A stretch of 64,000 bases of DNA from the NCBI RefSeq assembly GCF_036321535.1, contig NC_087472.1, positions 97,032,001 through 97,096,000 on the forward strand, written 5' to 3'. Shown here in pieces: positions 14,175-25,148 of this stretch. The notes under the pieces were generated by a model. The model saw only the letters and a program-made list of their open reading frames with translations. It did not search any database and was not told where the DNA came from. Position 1 is the stretch's first letter. Every line of letters starts with the position of its first letter. The position numbers and the translations under genes are program-made. Source of the DNA: Camelus dromedarius. Its lineage: Eukaryota.

Positions 14175-14625
14175 TACAGTAGTAGTTGAGACTGTGGGCC
14201 TTGATCCTACATCCCAGCTCTTCTACTCATTAGCCATGTGACTTTGGGCAAGTAACTTCTCAGCATCTCAGTTTCCTTATCAGTAAAATGAGAATAATAT
14301 TAGTGCCTATCTTGTAGGGTTGTTGTGAGTACTGGAAGATAATATATATCAAATGCTCAGAAAGCACTGAGTAAATGTAAGTTATTAACATAAGAGAAGC
14401 TGCATTGGCAGGACTAGTATGTGTAGAGGAAAAGACATGATTTTGTTGAAACCCAGATCTGCGATTTAGTAGTATAATGACCTTTGGCATGTTACTTAAG
14501 TTTTCTGAGCCTTAATTTCCTTACAGTAAATGGGAAAAATAATAAATTTACCAACTTCTGGGCTGAACGGCTTATGGAGTGAATGCAGGGCTGGTACTTA
14601 GAGGTGCTAACAAATGTTTGTTTCC
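14175..14625 (+). mobile_element. Two MIR SINE remnants
   Basis: tgtgactttgggcaagtaactt...ctcagtttccttatcagtaaaatg core seen twice. Confidence 0.75.
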
Positions 14626-14634
14626 TTCCTCCCT

Positions 14635-14667
14635 AACAACAACAACAACAGCAACAACAACAACACA
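14635..14667. repeat. (AAC)n microsatellite
   Basis: Seen directly. Confidence 0.9.
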
Positions 14668-15289
14668 ACTATTGCTTATTTTAATCAAGCTCATATCTCC
14701 TTTCCTAATCACTTCCCATCCCTGCTAATCAATTAATTTAATGGAATTTTGGTAAAGAAAAAAATTAATTTACCTGTGTATCTAGCATCTTGGAGAGTGT
14801 ACACACAGCTCCTTGAATTGTTCACTCTGCAACCAACTGGATTCACATTGCTTGCTTTTTTTATCTAGGTTTGTTTACTCCTTCCTAGGGACCATTCACA
14901 TTCCCAGGTAATATTCTTGCATATCCACTGAATTTCCTGCCCTGAATTAAAGAATGGGAGTTTGTGAATTGGAGGCAGGAAAGTAGGTGGTTAAAATTGA
15001 CCTGACCCAAGTGTAAACTGTTCCTTGGGGCTAAGGCATTAACCTAAATGTCTGATTCTGGAACCTGATTGTAGTTTTGCCACTGTTTCTATATCCTCAG
15101 TGGATATGGTCGTTGTCTCTAGTTGCAAACCTGTAACTCTCATGACAATGACAATGAGAGCAAATATTGCAGTTGCTTTTTTTGGTCCTTATTATACCCC
15201 ATGAAAATAGGTAAGGAGTTTGGAACTTCGTCTTAACACATAATGTAGACCTCAGTTTTGTGAAGAAACCTTTTGAGCCTGTGATCCAT

Positions 15290-15445
15290 GGGCGGGCAGC
15301 ATCAGCATCAACGGGAGCTTATTAGATATACAAATTCTTGCACTGCTCTCTAGACCTGCTGAAGAGTCCCTGGGGGTGAGGCCTACCCATCTGGTGTTTT
15401 AACAAACCCCCTAGGTCATTCTTATGCCAAAGTTTGTGAAGACCA
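15290..15445. mobile_element. MER5A-type DNA transposon
   Basis: gcagcatcagcatca...gggagcttattaga...tgttttaacaaacccc. Confidence 0.65.
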
Positions 15446-17365
15446 GCAATCCAGAATTTTGTCAAATTTGGGTGATTTGTAGCAAAATGCTTTTAAAAAG
15501 ATCCAAACTCTATTTTTAGCCATGAAAACCTAAAGGTTGTTGGCTTAGGTTAAATTTATGTTGTTTAATTCTTGAGACTCTGAATCACTGATTCTCCACT
15601 TCAGATATTATTACAATCCTGGAGCTTTCAGTGACCTTGAAGGTAGTTATGGAATTCTAAAAAATTAAACCTCAAAATAAAATTAATTTTAATAGTTAAA
15701 TAATCCACTCTGGAGCAGAATATGGAGCCACTGGAAACAGAACAAACAAAAGTATGGTGTAACTTTGTAAGTTTGCAAATCACTGTCCTCAGTGATTTGC
15801 CAGGTATATTTTTTATTATATCACTAATTGTACATGTAAACATGACTTGTGCTGTTGTTTTTGCTTTAAACCACTGCTTAGTAGTAATCTGTAGAATTAT
15901 AGTTCTTAATGTAAAAATGTTTCCTCACAAACCACACATGATAAATAAGTCTGAGTGGGACCACATAAATATGCAGTGTGCTCGACTTCCCTGGTGTAGA
16001 TCCCTCTTGAATTAGCTTTCACTCCTTTGGTGCAACACACAATATCAGGTCAGCCTGCTGTAATGCAGCCCAAACAAAAACAGCCCAACAGCTGCCAAGC
16101 ACACCTCTGTTGCAGAGGTGAATGATTCAGGCAGACTTCAGCATTTCATGAGGCCTGTTGTTTCCTATAAATTAACTGAGTGCTGTTAAATATTGCTGAT
16201 AGCAAATAACTGTTCTGACCATGAGCCCCTCCATTTATCAAGCTTGAAAGGCAAGCAAAGATCTGGAGTGACATAGACAAGACAACATAGAGAAAATCCC
16301 CTAAAGGAAGTAATCTTTTATGGCCTTGTAACTTGTTGGCTTTCATATAGAGAGATACTGTTGGTGATCCACTCACTACCCTAGGACAGGTCATTTGAGT
16401 AGTTTTTCCAGTGCTAGGGGCAGAGAGTTACAGACATAAATTATGTCTTGGACACTCACTACCAGCTGGCTTAACTCCTTTCAGAGAGAAGTATTTTGGA
16501 AGCAAGGCCTGGTACGCATTGTGGGCACTGCAGAAATGACAGAGGCAGAGACCGCAAGAGAGGTTGGCTTCCCCCTTCTTGCCAAGGAGGTATTCCTATG
16601 TCCGGTTTTATAGCTTCTTGCTTCTCAGTAACTTCATCTGTTGATGAAATGGGATACCTGTAGGTCCTCCAATTTTTGCTTGAAAAATAAGTAAGAGGAT
16701 TAAAACGTCTAAGTGAGGCCATGCCTGATGAGAGAGCAGAAGAGCGGTAGGACATTGTCCCCTCTGTTGATGTGTGTGCTCCTGTCCTCCTTGCTGCTGA
16801 GAGGTGAAGCCTTAGGAGCAGGAAGGGGTGAGGATGGCACTGCAGTAGAGAATAGTTGGAAGCCACAGATGAAAGTGATGGGTTCCCAGACAAGCCGTGC
16901 ATTTTGGGAATTACTCTTCAAGGGTGCTCTCCTCCCTCCTTGGTTATGGTATAGAACTGTCCTATATTCTTGCATCCTTGGGCAGCTCCTTTCTGTGTGC
17001 TCCTGCTGCCCGGATCACTGGTGTGTGGAGTTGCCTGGTGTGCTGGATGTGTCAACCAGAGCCCTGTGGTAGCTATAGCCCCTGCTGACACTGTCTAGCC
17101 TGTGAGCCGCTATTGACTAAATTATCTAGCTTTAAAAAGTGGCTCATTTTGTTAAACAGGAAAGGAATATTTCTGAACTCAGGCCTGTACATACCATGCT
17201 CTCACCTATTTCTTATCTTTCAAGACACAAAACACCCAGATTGGGCTCCCATGATGCTTACAGTATGAGGAGAGCAATGAGGAAGGACAGAATGTGGATG
17301 GTGGCTTCTCCTTGTAGGGAAAGATTGCTCCACTATGGTCTTCTTTCTTCAGCCTAGTAACCACA

Positions 17366-17640
17366 AGTGTATTTCTGCCTAGCCTTTCCTCAACCTTGAG
17401 AGTTTTGGTTCCGTTCTCCCAATTGCTTTTGGGGAAACTGACCCTACCCTTGGCACTAGGGGTGAGATCTGTCACTTAGGCCTGAGCTCCTCAGAGTAAC
17501 CCCATTCTTTGGTCATAGGTTTTGGTTCAGGGATAGAATTGTGACAGTACTAGCTCTCCCTGGGTAAGACACTTCTAGGCTTTTTAGAGCTAGATTGACT
17601 CTCTCCCTGTCTTGAAAGGGATGTAGCTCTGGGAGTCTCA
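17366..17640 (+). mobile_element. Ancient ERVL/MaLR-type solo LTR (LTR33-like), left part
   Basis: LTR-like motifs (cccattctttggtcatagg...ggttcagggatag); the element continues after the insertion. Confidence 0.5.
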
Positions 17641-19159
17641 AGAGCTGTCTTTTTTTTTTTTTTTTAACAGAGAAGTGACAGTGATCTTTATATTTTTGAA
17701 ATGTTTGGTTTCAGTCTTACAATTTTTATTAAAATCCTTTTTAGATGACACAAAATATATCCAGTGACTGGTCTTTGTGGAGAATTTTCCTTATTTGTCT
17801 CTTAGCCTGTGTAATTACAACAGCAATTCGAGTACTGTAGTGTGCCTGGTCAGTAAAGGGGGAAGTAACACTGCCCCCATTATTATCCATATACTGCTGG
17901 ATGATGGGGAACATACAATAAATACCCCTGGAACAGCCTCATTGCCTGCTTTTCAACCTGCAGTCACCAGTACAACTACTATAATCACAGCAAAGGTACC
18001 TACAAGCACCACAGCAGACAACTCCACTACTTCAACTGAACCTATTACCATAAAGCAGCCCACTACCACCATGTCCCCTGAACCTACAACCAGCATAGTT
18101 TTGACTGAACCTATAAACACAACCACCACAACCTCCACTTCAACTGAAGTTACTATCATAATGGAAACAACCACCAGCATTTCAGCTGAACTATCCACTA
18201 TAATGGATACTACCACCACCCTGACTGAATCTACCACTTCAACTGAGTGTAATACCACCACAACAGTTATAACCATGTCAACAGAAATTATACCTAACAT
18301 TACTCCAACAGACCTTACAACAAGAACCACTTCAACAGAACAAACAACTCCTGTACCCACAATTGAACCTACCACAACAGCCATCCTGACTTCTAATAAA
18401 TCTATAAATATTGACTCTTCAATTGATCCTGGAACCTATTTGACTACAGATACTTTAACCGAACTTATGAGCACAACAGAAGCGATCACTTCTACTGAAC
18501 CTGAAAATACAACAATTTCTACTGAGCCTCCTATTACATACGTAACAACATCTTCAGTTGAAATTACAAATGCAGTCGATACCACCTCACTCACTGAAGC
18601 TGAAAGCACTACAATTTCTATTGAACCTACTATAATACTTAGAGATACAATGACCACTTCAGCTGAAACTCAAACTTCCACTTCTACTAAACCCTCCACC
18701 TCAGTACCAGCGATCCTTGAACTGAACTTGAACCTCCCACCGATTCCATTGAGCCTACAACCAAAAAAGCCAATTAAACTGAATTTCCAAATACCACTAA
18801 ATGTACAGATACAAAAGCAAGAACCAAAACTTCATTCATAAACACTCATAATTTTTTCAGCAGCTACTATTAAAATAACAGTAGCACTTCAGCAGAATTT
18901 ATAATGCTTCAAATGACTCTCTAACTCTGTGGCTTTAAGCACTTAAAATGAAGCTACATCCACAAGGGGAACCAATACTTCAGCTGAATTTACAACCACT
19001 ACTATCCTACTACCAGGGCAGTCACTACCACTCCCACTTTGTCTCAACTCTGTCTAGTCAGTACTTGAAGTAAACCTATAATTTTTACAACTTTGAATTT
19101 GCAACCACATCAGCCACTGCTGCTTATTCAGTGAAACTCATCTTTTATAGAGCTGTCTT
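17641..19159 (-). mobile_element. L1-mediated (TPRT) retro-insertion with TSD and poly(A) tail, lacking L1 sequence
   Basis: AGAGCTGTCTT at 17641-17651 and 19149-19159; T16 at 17650-17665. Minus-strand TATAAA (17687-17692) lies 21 nt from the tail and AATAAA at 17725-17730. The target TCTT/GA resembles the L1 endonuclease site. Confidence 0.85.
17745..19148 (+). pseudogene. DYNAP: DYNAP-family (CLLAC-motif) terminal-exon copy with long mucin-like stalk, frameshifted
   Basis: Frame from 17745 reads MTQNISSDWSLWRIFLICLLACVITTAIRVL*. A 1-nt shift at ~17838 continues VCLVSKGGSNTAPIIIHILLDDGEHTINTPGT.... This aligns with human DYNAP as recalled: DWSMWKVFLACLLACVIMTAIGVLIICLVNNKGSANSSIVIQLSTNDGECVTVKPGT. 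It is followed by ~300 aa of TTTSTEP-like repeats. The symbol denotes the family, not orthology. Confidence 0.85.
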
Positions 19160-19370
19160 GAGACCAGAAAGGGGAAACAGCCTGAGGAGAAGGTTGATGC
19201 ATGGAGGAAAGAACCTGGGACTTTAGTTTTACTGTTGAACTGCTGAATCAAACCTGCCCTGAAACATGCACACCCTAATGCTGGACTTTCAGATGACACA
19301 GCCTTTTATTGTTTAAGCTATTTTCAGTTGGCTTTTGGTTATTTGAAACCTAATTCATCCTAATAATACA
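19160..19370 (+). mobile_element. Ancient ERVL/MaLR-type solo LTR (LTR33-like), right part
   Basis: Typical end ttgtttaagctattttcagttggcttttggttatttgaaacc...cctaataataCA. Confidence 0.55.
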
Positions 19371-21387
19371 GTGTGTTGAAATGGGATTTGAGGGGTATGG
19401 TTAAATTAAGGCAAATTTCCACCATGCGTCCAAATTAGCAGAGGAGACATCTTGGGAGTGGTAGAATTCAGGGGTGGGGTGGGGTGGGTGGTGGAAGGCA
19501 TTGCAGATGTGAGTGAGGCTCTTGGATGCTATTATTGATGTGTGTATCTTCTTTTTCTGTTTAGGCATAAGTTCCCCTGTAGGCTGAACTTCTCCCATAG
19601 CACCTGTAATTGAGCAGATACTCAATGACCGACGTATACAATTACAGGAAACCAATGCTGTGCTACTGAGAAAACATGTGCATCTCCTCCATTCTCTTCT
19701 CAGTTTATTTAGTAGTGTCACAAAGAGGTCATATTTCCACAGTCCATCAGATTCTGAGTCATTTAGGTTTTTTAGTGAAGGGTAGATCTTTGGGATTATG
19801 AGTGATGACCCTTTGCAGGACACCGAAAACAGATAGTGCTACAGAGCAGAGGAAGGGCAGGCAGCACAAATTAAGCCTTCATTCTTGCTGTAGTTGCCTC
19901 CAAAATGTTTTGTCACTCCCTTGCCCTCTTTAATTCTTTTCTAAGCTATATTGACCCCTGCATCTTTCAGTGTCATTTGTACGATATGACTATATACTCA
20001 TTCCTGAATGAGTGTGTATCAAGGAACTTCCACTTTCCGTAAAATCAGTCAAGAACAAATAATACGCCATTCACTCCTATAACATGCTCACAATACATAC
20101 TTGCTGCCAGTAAGATGACTGAGATGTGTTTCTTTTGGGTGAGGGGGTCCCGTGTTACCCTTCACACCCTCTTCTCACTATGGGTTCCCTCACAATTCAT
20201 GCCCACCATAACATAGGGCCAGCGGTTGATTTGAGTAGAATTGCCTTTTAAAATAATCTACTTACTATCTGTTGCTGAAACAAATGGTATAGTGGGTCTC
20301 CAAGTTAATGCTGCAATGAATGTAATCCAATTTATGGAATCACCAGGTTAGAAGCAAGCAATAATTTTAAGACTTTTACTATACAAAGTATCCAAAAAAA
20401 TCCCCATTTGGTTTGAACTCCTCATAAATTTATTTCTAGATAAGATAGACAACATACAAAATGTAGCAGAGAAAGCTTTACACAAGATTTAAATAAAATT
20501 GTTAATGATTCATTTGCTCTAGCATTTATTTTAACTTCTTATGTTATATTCGTAGCTATATACACATGTATCAAAAATGATGGCAGACATGAAAGTTAAC
20601 ATTACTGCAATTAAATGAGCTAAATCTAGAGTTTTCCAGCAGTGCCAAAATTTTACAACTGCCTTTTTCCATGAGATGTGAGAATTTCTTTGATTTCAGA
20701 GAATTGTTTCTCACCTTTCATCATCTGAAGCAACTTGTTATCTTAGTAGTAAATTAGAAGCTAGTGTGGGCAAGAGAAATATTTAAATCCCACCTAATTT
20801 CCCACTGCGTTTTGCCACATGGCTCATGGATTTGGAATATCCTCTGTGTTTTCTTTGGTGCGTGATTTGACGAAATTAGGTGATTTTTGCGTAGGAGTTT
20901 GGAATGTTTGATGGGTGAGTGAATGTAAGGAGTATAAGAGGAATTGTGAATTAATAGTAGCATGAAATTATGTTTCGTGTAACAGCTAATAATCAAGTTC
21001 ATTTCTTACAGAGGACCACTTTGCCAGAGATACTATTTTTTCACATGGACCAACTAAGATACAAAATTCATAATCAGCTCAACAGTTTTTTTTTTTTTTA
21101 GCCTTCCTGTCAGTTGGGGGAAATAACCTTGCTCTGTAAAACCTCTCTCTTATAGTTGATATATGTTGTGATTCCATTTAACCAAGGGGGTCTTTGAAAT
21201 AGCAGGCTCCCTAGTTCATTAAGGAATTTTTCTGGCAATCATTAGTCAAAAAACAGGTGGGTAGAACAGTTTAAACCCAAGAAAATTGTTGAATTAATTG
21301 AAAATTAATTTGAAATTAAGAAAAAAACCTTCTGGAATGACAATATAAATAATTAGGATTTCAACAGAAAAAAAATCTATTTAGGTG

Positions 21388-21712
21388 TTTTTTTTAATTG
21401 AAGTATAGTTGACTTACAATGTGATATTAGTTTCAGGTGTATAAAATAGCAATTTAGTATTTTTTTAGATGATATTCCATACGAAGTAACTATAAAATAT
21501 TGACCTTATTCCCTGTACTGTACATTACATCCTTGTAACTTACTTATTTTATACCTAGTAGTTTGTACCTCTTAATCCCCTTTACCTTAAAAAAGGTATT
21601 TTATTTAATAAATAAATTTATTTATTTTTATTGAAGTACTGTCAGTTATACCGTGTCAATTTCTGGTATACAGCACAATGTCCCAGTCATGCATATACAT
21701 ACATGTATTTGT
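21388..21712 (-). mobile_element. Two adjacent L1 3' end fragments
   Basis: ttaattgaagtatagttgacttacaat... followed by ttattgaagtactgtcagtt... Confidence 0.7.
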
Positions 21713-22058
21713 TAAAATATATATATTTTAAAATAATAATATGTATTTTTTAAAAGATATTCTTCCATCATTGTTCTAAGGTAGAAATGACAGCTCTAAA
21801 CAGCCAAACACTTGATGATAAACAATATTGTAAAAAATACTGTGTTAAGGAAACAATGAAGTTTATTTAGATACAGATTAGGCTCTCCACTCTTCCTCTT
21901 CCCACTCCCACCCCCTGTCTCATCTCCCTCTTGCCAATTCAGCTACTCTAATCCTGCAGTGATTCCTAAGTGACAGCCTGCCATCTTGAATCCTATCGCT
22001 GTCCCTGGAGTTCAGTTCAGTTTTGAGATGAAGCTGAGGGTTTAGAAATGTTGCCTTG

Positions 22059-22299
22059 GTGGCATGGGAGGGGATAAATTTGGGAGTTTGAGATTTGCAG
22101 ATGTTAGCCACTACATAAAAAATAGATTTAAAAAGTTTTTTTTTGTATAGCACAGGGAGCTATGTTCAATATCTTGTAATAACCTTTAATGGAAAAAATA
22201 TTAAAATGAATATATGTATATATATGCATGACTGGGACGTTGTGCTGTATATCAGAGATTGACACATTGTAACTGGCTGTACTTGAATTAAAAAGAAAA
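22059..22299 (+). mobile_element. Camelid-type L1 3' end with 15-bp TSD
   Basis: TSD AGAAATGTTGCCTTG at 22044-22058 and 22300-22314; A-rich tail. Confidence 0.85.
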
Positions 22300-23941
22300 A
22301 GAAATGTTGCCTTGAGACTTAAAGATGTTGGGAATGTTAAAGCTGACCCATTCTTGCTACCTGGAAGCAAGAGTGAGTACTAGGGAAAGATATATCAGGC
22401 AGTATTCCTTATTGTTCAAAGGCCAGTGTTTCTTGTCTGATTATTTCTTCCACTAATAAGAAGTACTATCTGGCTGCTGTGGACAAAGGACAAGAGAGAT
22501 GTAGTAGAAAATGAAGTATTTCGTAGATCACAGTTGCTCTAAAGGAAGATCTACCAAGGAATAATAAAGAAATACTTCTCTTGGAATACATCTTGAAGAA
22601 ATGTTGGAACTTTATTGAAAAGTTCTTGTTGTTGACGTTGATATTTTATGCTGCTAGGCTTCAGATGAGAGCAGAAAATTATACAGAGGAGTTTAAAATC
22701 ATAGCTTTGATCAGAGCCAAGGGGAAGCTACCATGAAGAGAAGCCCCAGAAAGATAAAGAATTGTGAACTGGATGGTTCCTTCCTTTCCAAGCCTTCCTT
22801 GAAAGGCCTTCTGAATGCTAGAACTTCCAAAGCAGCCATATACAAATAATTGGAACTTTGTGCTCTTTTATCATATAATAGACATAATTTAAAAGCTCTT
22901 TGTCGTAAAACATGGGAAGAGAAGAATTCAACTCTAATTTGTCACCTTAGCAGGAAAGAGGTGTGGGGAGAATTTCCTGAGTTGCAAAGAAGTCTGAAGA
23001 GTACGTGAGAGGTGTCTTAGTAACCTGAACTAATGTAAGACCAGAGAAAGACAGAGGAAGTAGAATCATTTACTTGGAAAGTAGATCTTTCTTTCTTTCT
23101 GAATACAGAAGAAACAATTCAGCATGAATCGAGAGCAGTACTTCTGTGGCTCTCAGGGAGTTTATAAAAATGTAGAACTTAATAGTTAAAGACACATAGA
23201 TCAATTGGAAGGCAATAATTATTTTCAAAGTTGAAGGTTATGGTGAATGCCAATTAGTGGCGTGCAACTGTTTGAACCATTGCTTGGAAAGTGGTTGCTT
23301 CTTATAGCTATGGTTAACAGTGACTCTGTTAGAACATGACAGGGAGAGACAGGGAACCCTGACCTTGGGGTGACGTGAAGCTAGATGTTGTGTGAACGGA
23401 ACATGCCTCTCTGTTGAATTGCACATGCGACATTTTGTTCATGCATTAACTAAAATATCCAGAAGAAGGCTGTGGGGTAGTAAGCATTCATTAACTTAAG
23501 TACTCATGACAGTCCCAGGCTCTTCTGCTTTTGGATATGAGTTTAGTTTGATTGTACTTACAGATGCATGGTACAAATGTTAGGGAGTAAGCTCTTGGAG
23601 TAGAGGTGGGATGGAATAGACACATTGTAGATGCTAGTGTGCAGGTGGAGTAAAGGAATGCCGAAGTCTTCAGAGACGCTTCTGCCAGCATCTTAATCCT
23701 GGACACACAGGGCTTCACAGCCTCTAAGGAAGATAACAATGAAGGGGAATTAGAGGGTGCCAAGAGATCAGTCTCCACTGAGTAACCCCAAGACCCAAAT
23801 CAGTAGTGTCGTCTACCCACTCGGGTGCTGAAGTAGTTACGGCATAACCTCTGACTTTAGGATCTGGATATGTTGTAGTGGTTAGCTCTTAGCCTTTCAA
23901 ACCCCAAACAGTGGCTGGATGTTGGGTGGAGAGCTACAGGA

Positions 23942-24095
23942 GCAGTATGCTGGAGATGGCTCATGCCAGCTTGTGAGACAATTATTAAATTTTTAGGAGT
24001 TTGTGAGCTAGGTATTAAACTATGAGTAATTTGAAATTGGCTATGCCCCCACTTCCCAAGAAAGCCCGTTGTTCAGGTTTCTCAGCATACCACTG
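23942..24095 (+). mobile_element. MER63-type internally deleted element
   Basis: cagtatgctggag...attattaaatttttaggagtttgtgagc...cagcataccactg. Confidence 0.55.
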
Positions 24096-24438
24096 AGAAG
24101 CTTCTTGTATATACAAAGATAATCCTAGAATTGGAGCTCTTCTTGGTCCTAACACTGAAGACCTGGTTTTTCTGGAGTCTCCTGGTTTCTTAATTCTGTT
24201 CATCCTTTGGAGTGACCTAGCTTTCATAGCTCCTGGTAGATTGGGACATGATCTTTATCTGTGTCAACCACCCTTATAGCCTGAGTTCTTCCATATCCTT
24301 AACCAGTTTTTAGTTTTCCCTTGGTGGTGTTACTCTGCTGGGGACCTTAACTAGTCCTTAGTTGCCTGCCATGATGTCTCAGAGAATTAAACAAGATTCT
24401 CTTCATTGTCTGTATATATGTTGAAGAATATTCCTCAC

Positions 24439-24900
24439 TGTAGTGGACACTGCTGGCGCTCCGTCCATACCCTTTGGCGCTCACCATTTTAGTATATGCC
24501 AACAGAATCTGCAGAACGCCTGCACTTCTCTCCCCGAGGGCTCTTCAGGTCACGGGTGGGAGTGGCTGGAGGTGCTGGCAAGTTAATGCCCCATGACGGA
24601 CGCTTATCCAATGTCTGATGGCGGTTGTAAGTTAAGTATACTTCAGCTCCCTCATTCCTCAGTTAGAACAACTCTGCCACATTTTCCACAGCCATCTTCC
24701 AGAAGTCTCCAGCGGGATTGAGCCCCAGTTGCCCATAGAGATAATTGATTCATTAGCATATCCCCTATTACCTTCCTTTCCTTTCTTACATCACTTTCCC
24801 CCTCCCCTGCTGGTGCTCCTGGGATCACCTCCTACATAAACTACCTACACATGCATCCTTGTCTCTGGGTCTGATTCTGGAAAAGAACCAGCCTTAGACA
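24439..24900. mobile_element. ERVL solo LTR (LTR16-like)
   Basis: TGtagtggacac...ccagcgggattgagccccagttgccc...tcctgggatcacctcctacataaactac...tagaCA. Confidence 0.7.
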
Positions 24901-25142
24901 CTCATCACCCTCATTTTTATGCCAACAACGGAATGGAAGGCACTTATGAACCACCTTCTGAAAATACCTGAATAAAAAGATATTTGGTTGGCAGATAATG
25001 TATTAATAAATGTTCAACTAGGCATCTCCTTTTTTGAATGCTCTGTGATGGCCAAACATTTTGCAGTGGTGCTTGCTGTTTTCCCTTTGCCATCATCAAA
25101 GTAACGCCAAAAGAGCACATGTAGATGGCTTTAGTCCTGTGC

Positions 25143-25148
25143 TTTATT
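25143..25148 (-). terminator. Candidate distal polyadenylation signal AATAAA
   Basis: Minus strand reads TGTAtctttttgtcattttTGTAtttatttacacagaattaaaAATAAAgcacaggactaaagccatctaca followed by a GU/U-rich tract (tgtgctcttttggcgttacttt). Confidence 0.5.

Noticed and set aside
16471..17088. Overlapping ORFs up to 143 aa
   Set aside because: No recognisable homology; part resembles a decayed MIR (tttaatcctc...cccattt...acagatgaag on the minus strand).
17777..17839. N-terminus of the 354-aa ORF as a real start
   Set aside because: It begins at GTG and is out of frame with the CLLAC/TM homology; only the part from ~17840 is homologous.
17741..17905. Minus-strand reading resembling a TM plus basic tail (IWIIMGAVLL...QAKRQIRK)
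   Set aside because: Needs a frameshift, and the plus strand has clear DYNAP-family similarity.
17953..18657. Val-rich minus-strand ORFs (143 and 73 aa)
   Set aside because: Antisense shadow of Thr codons (ACN read as GTN/NGT).
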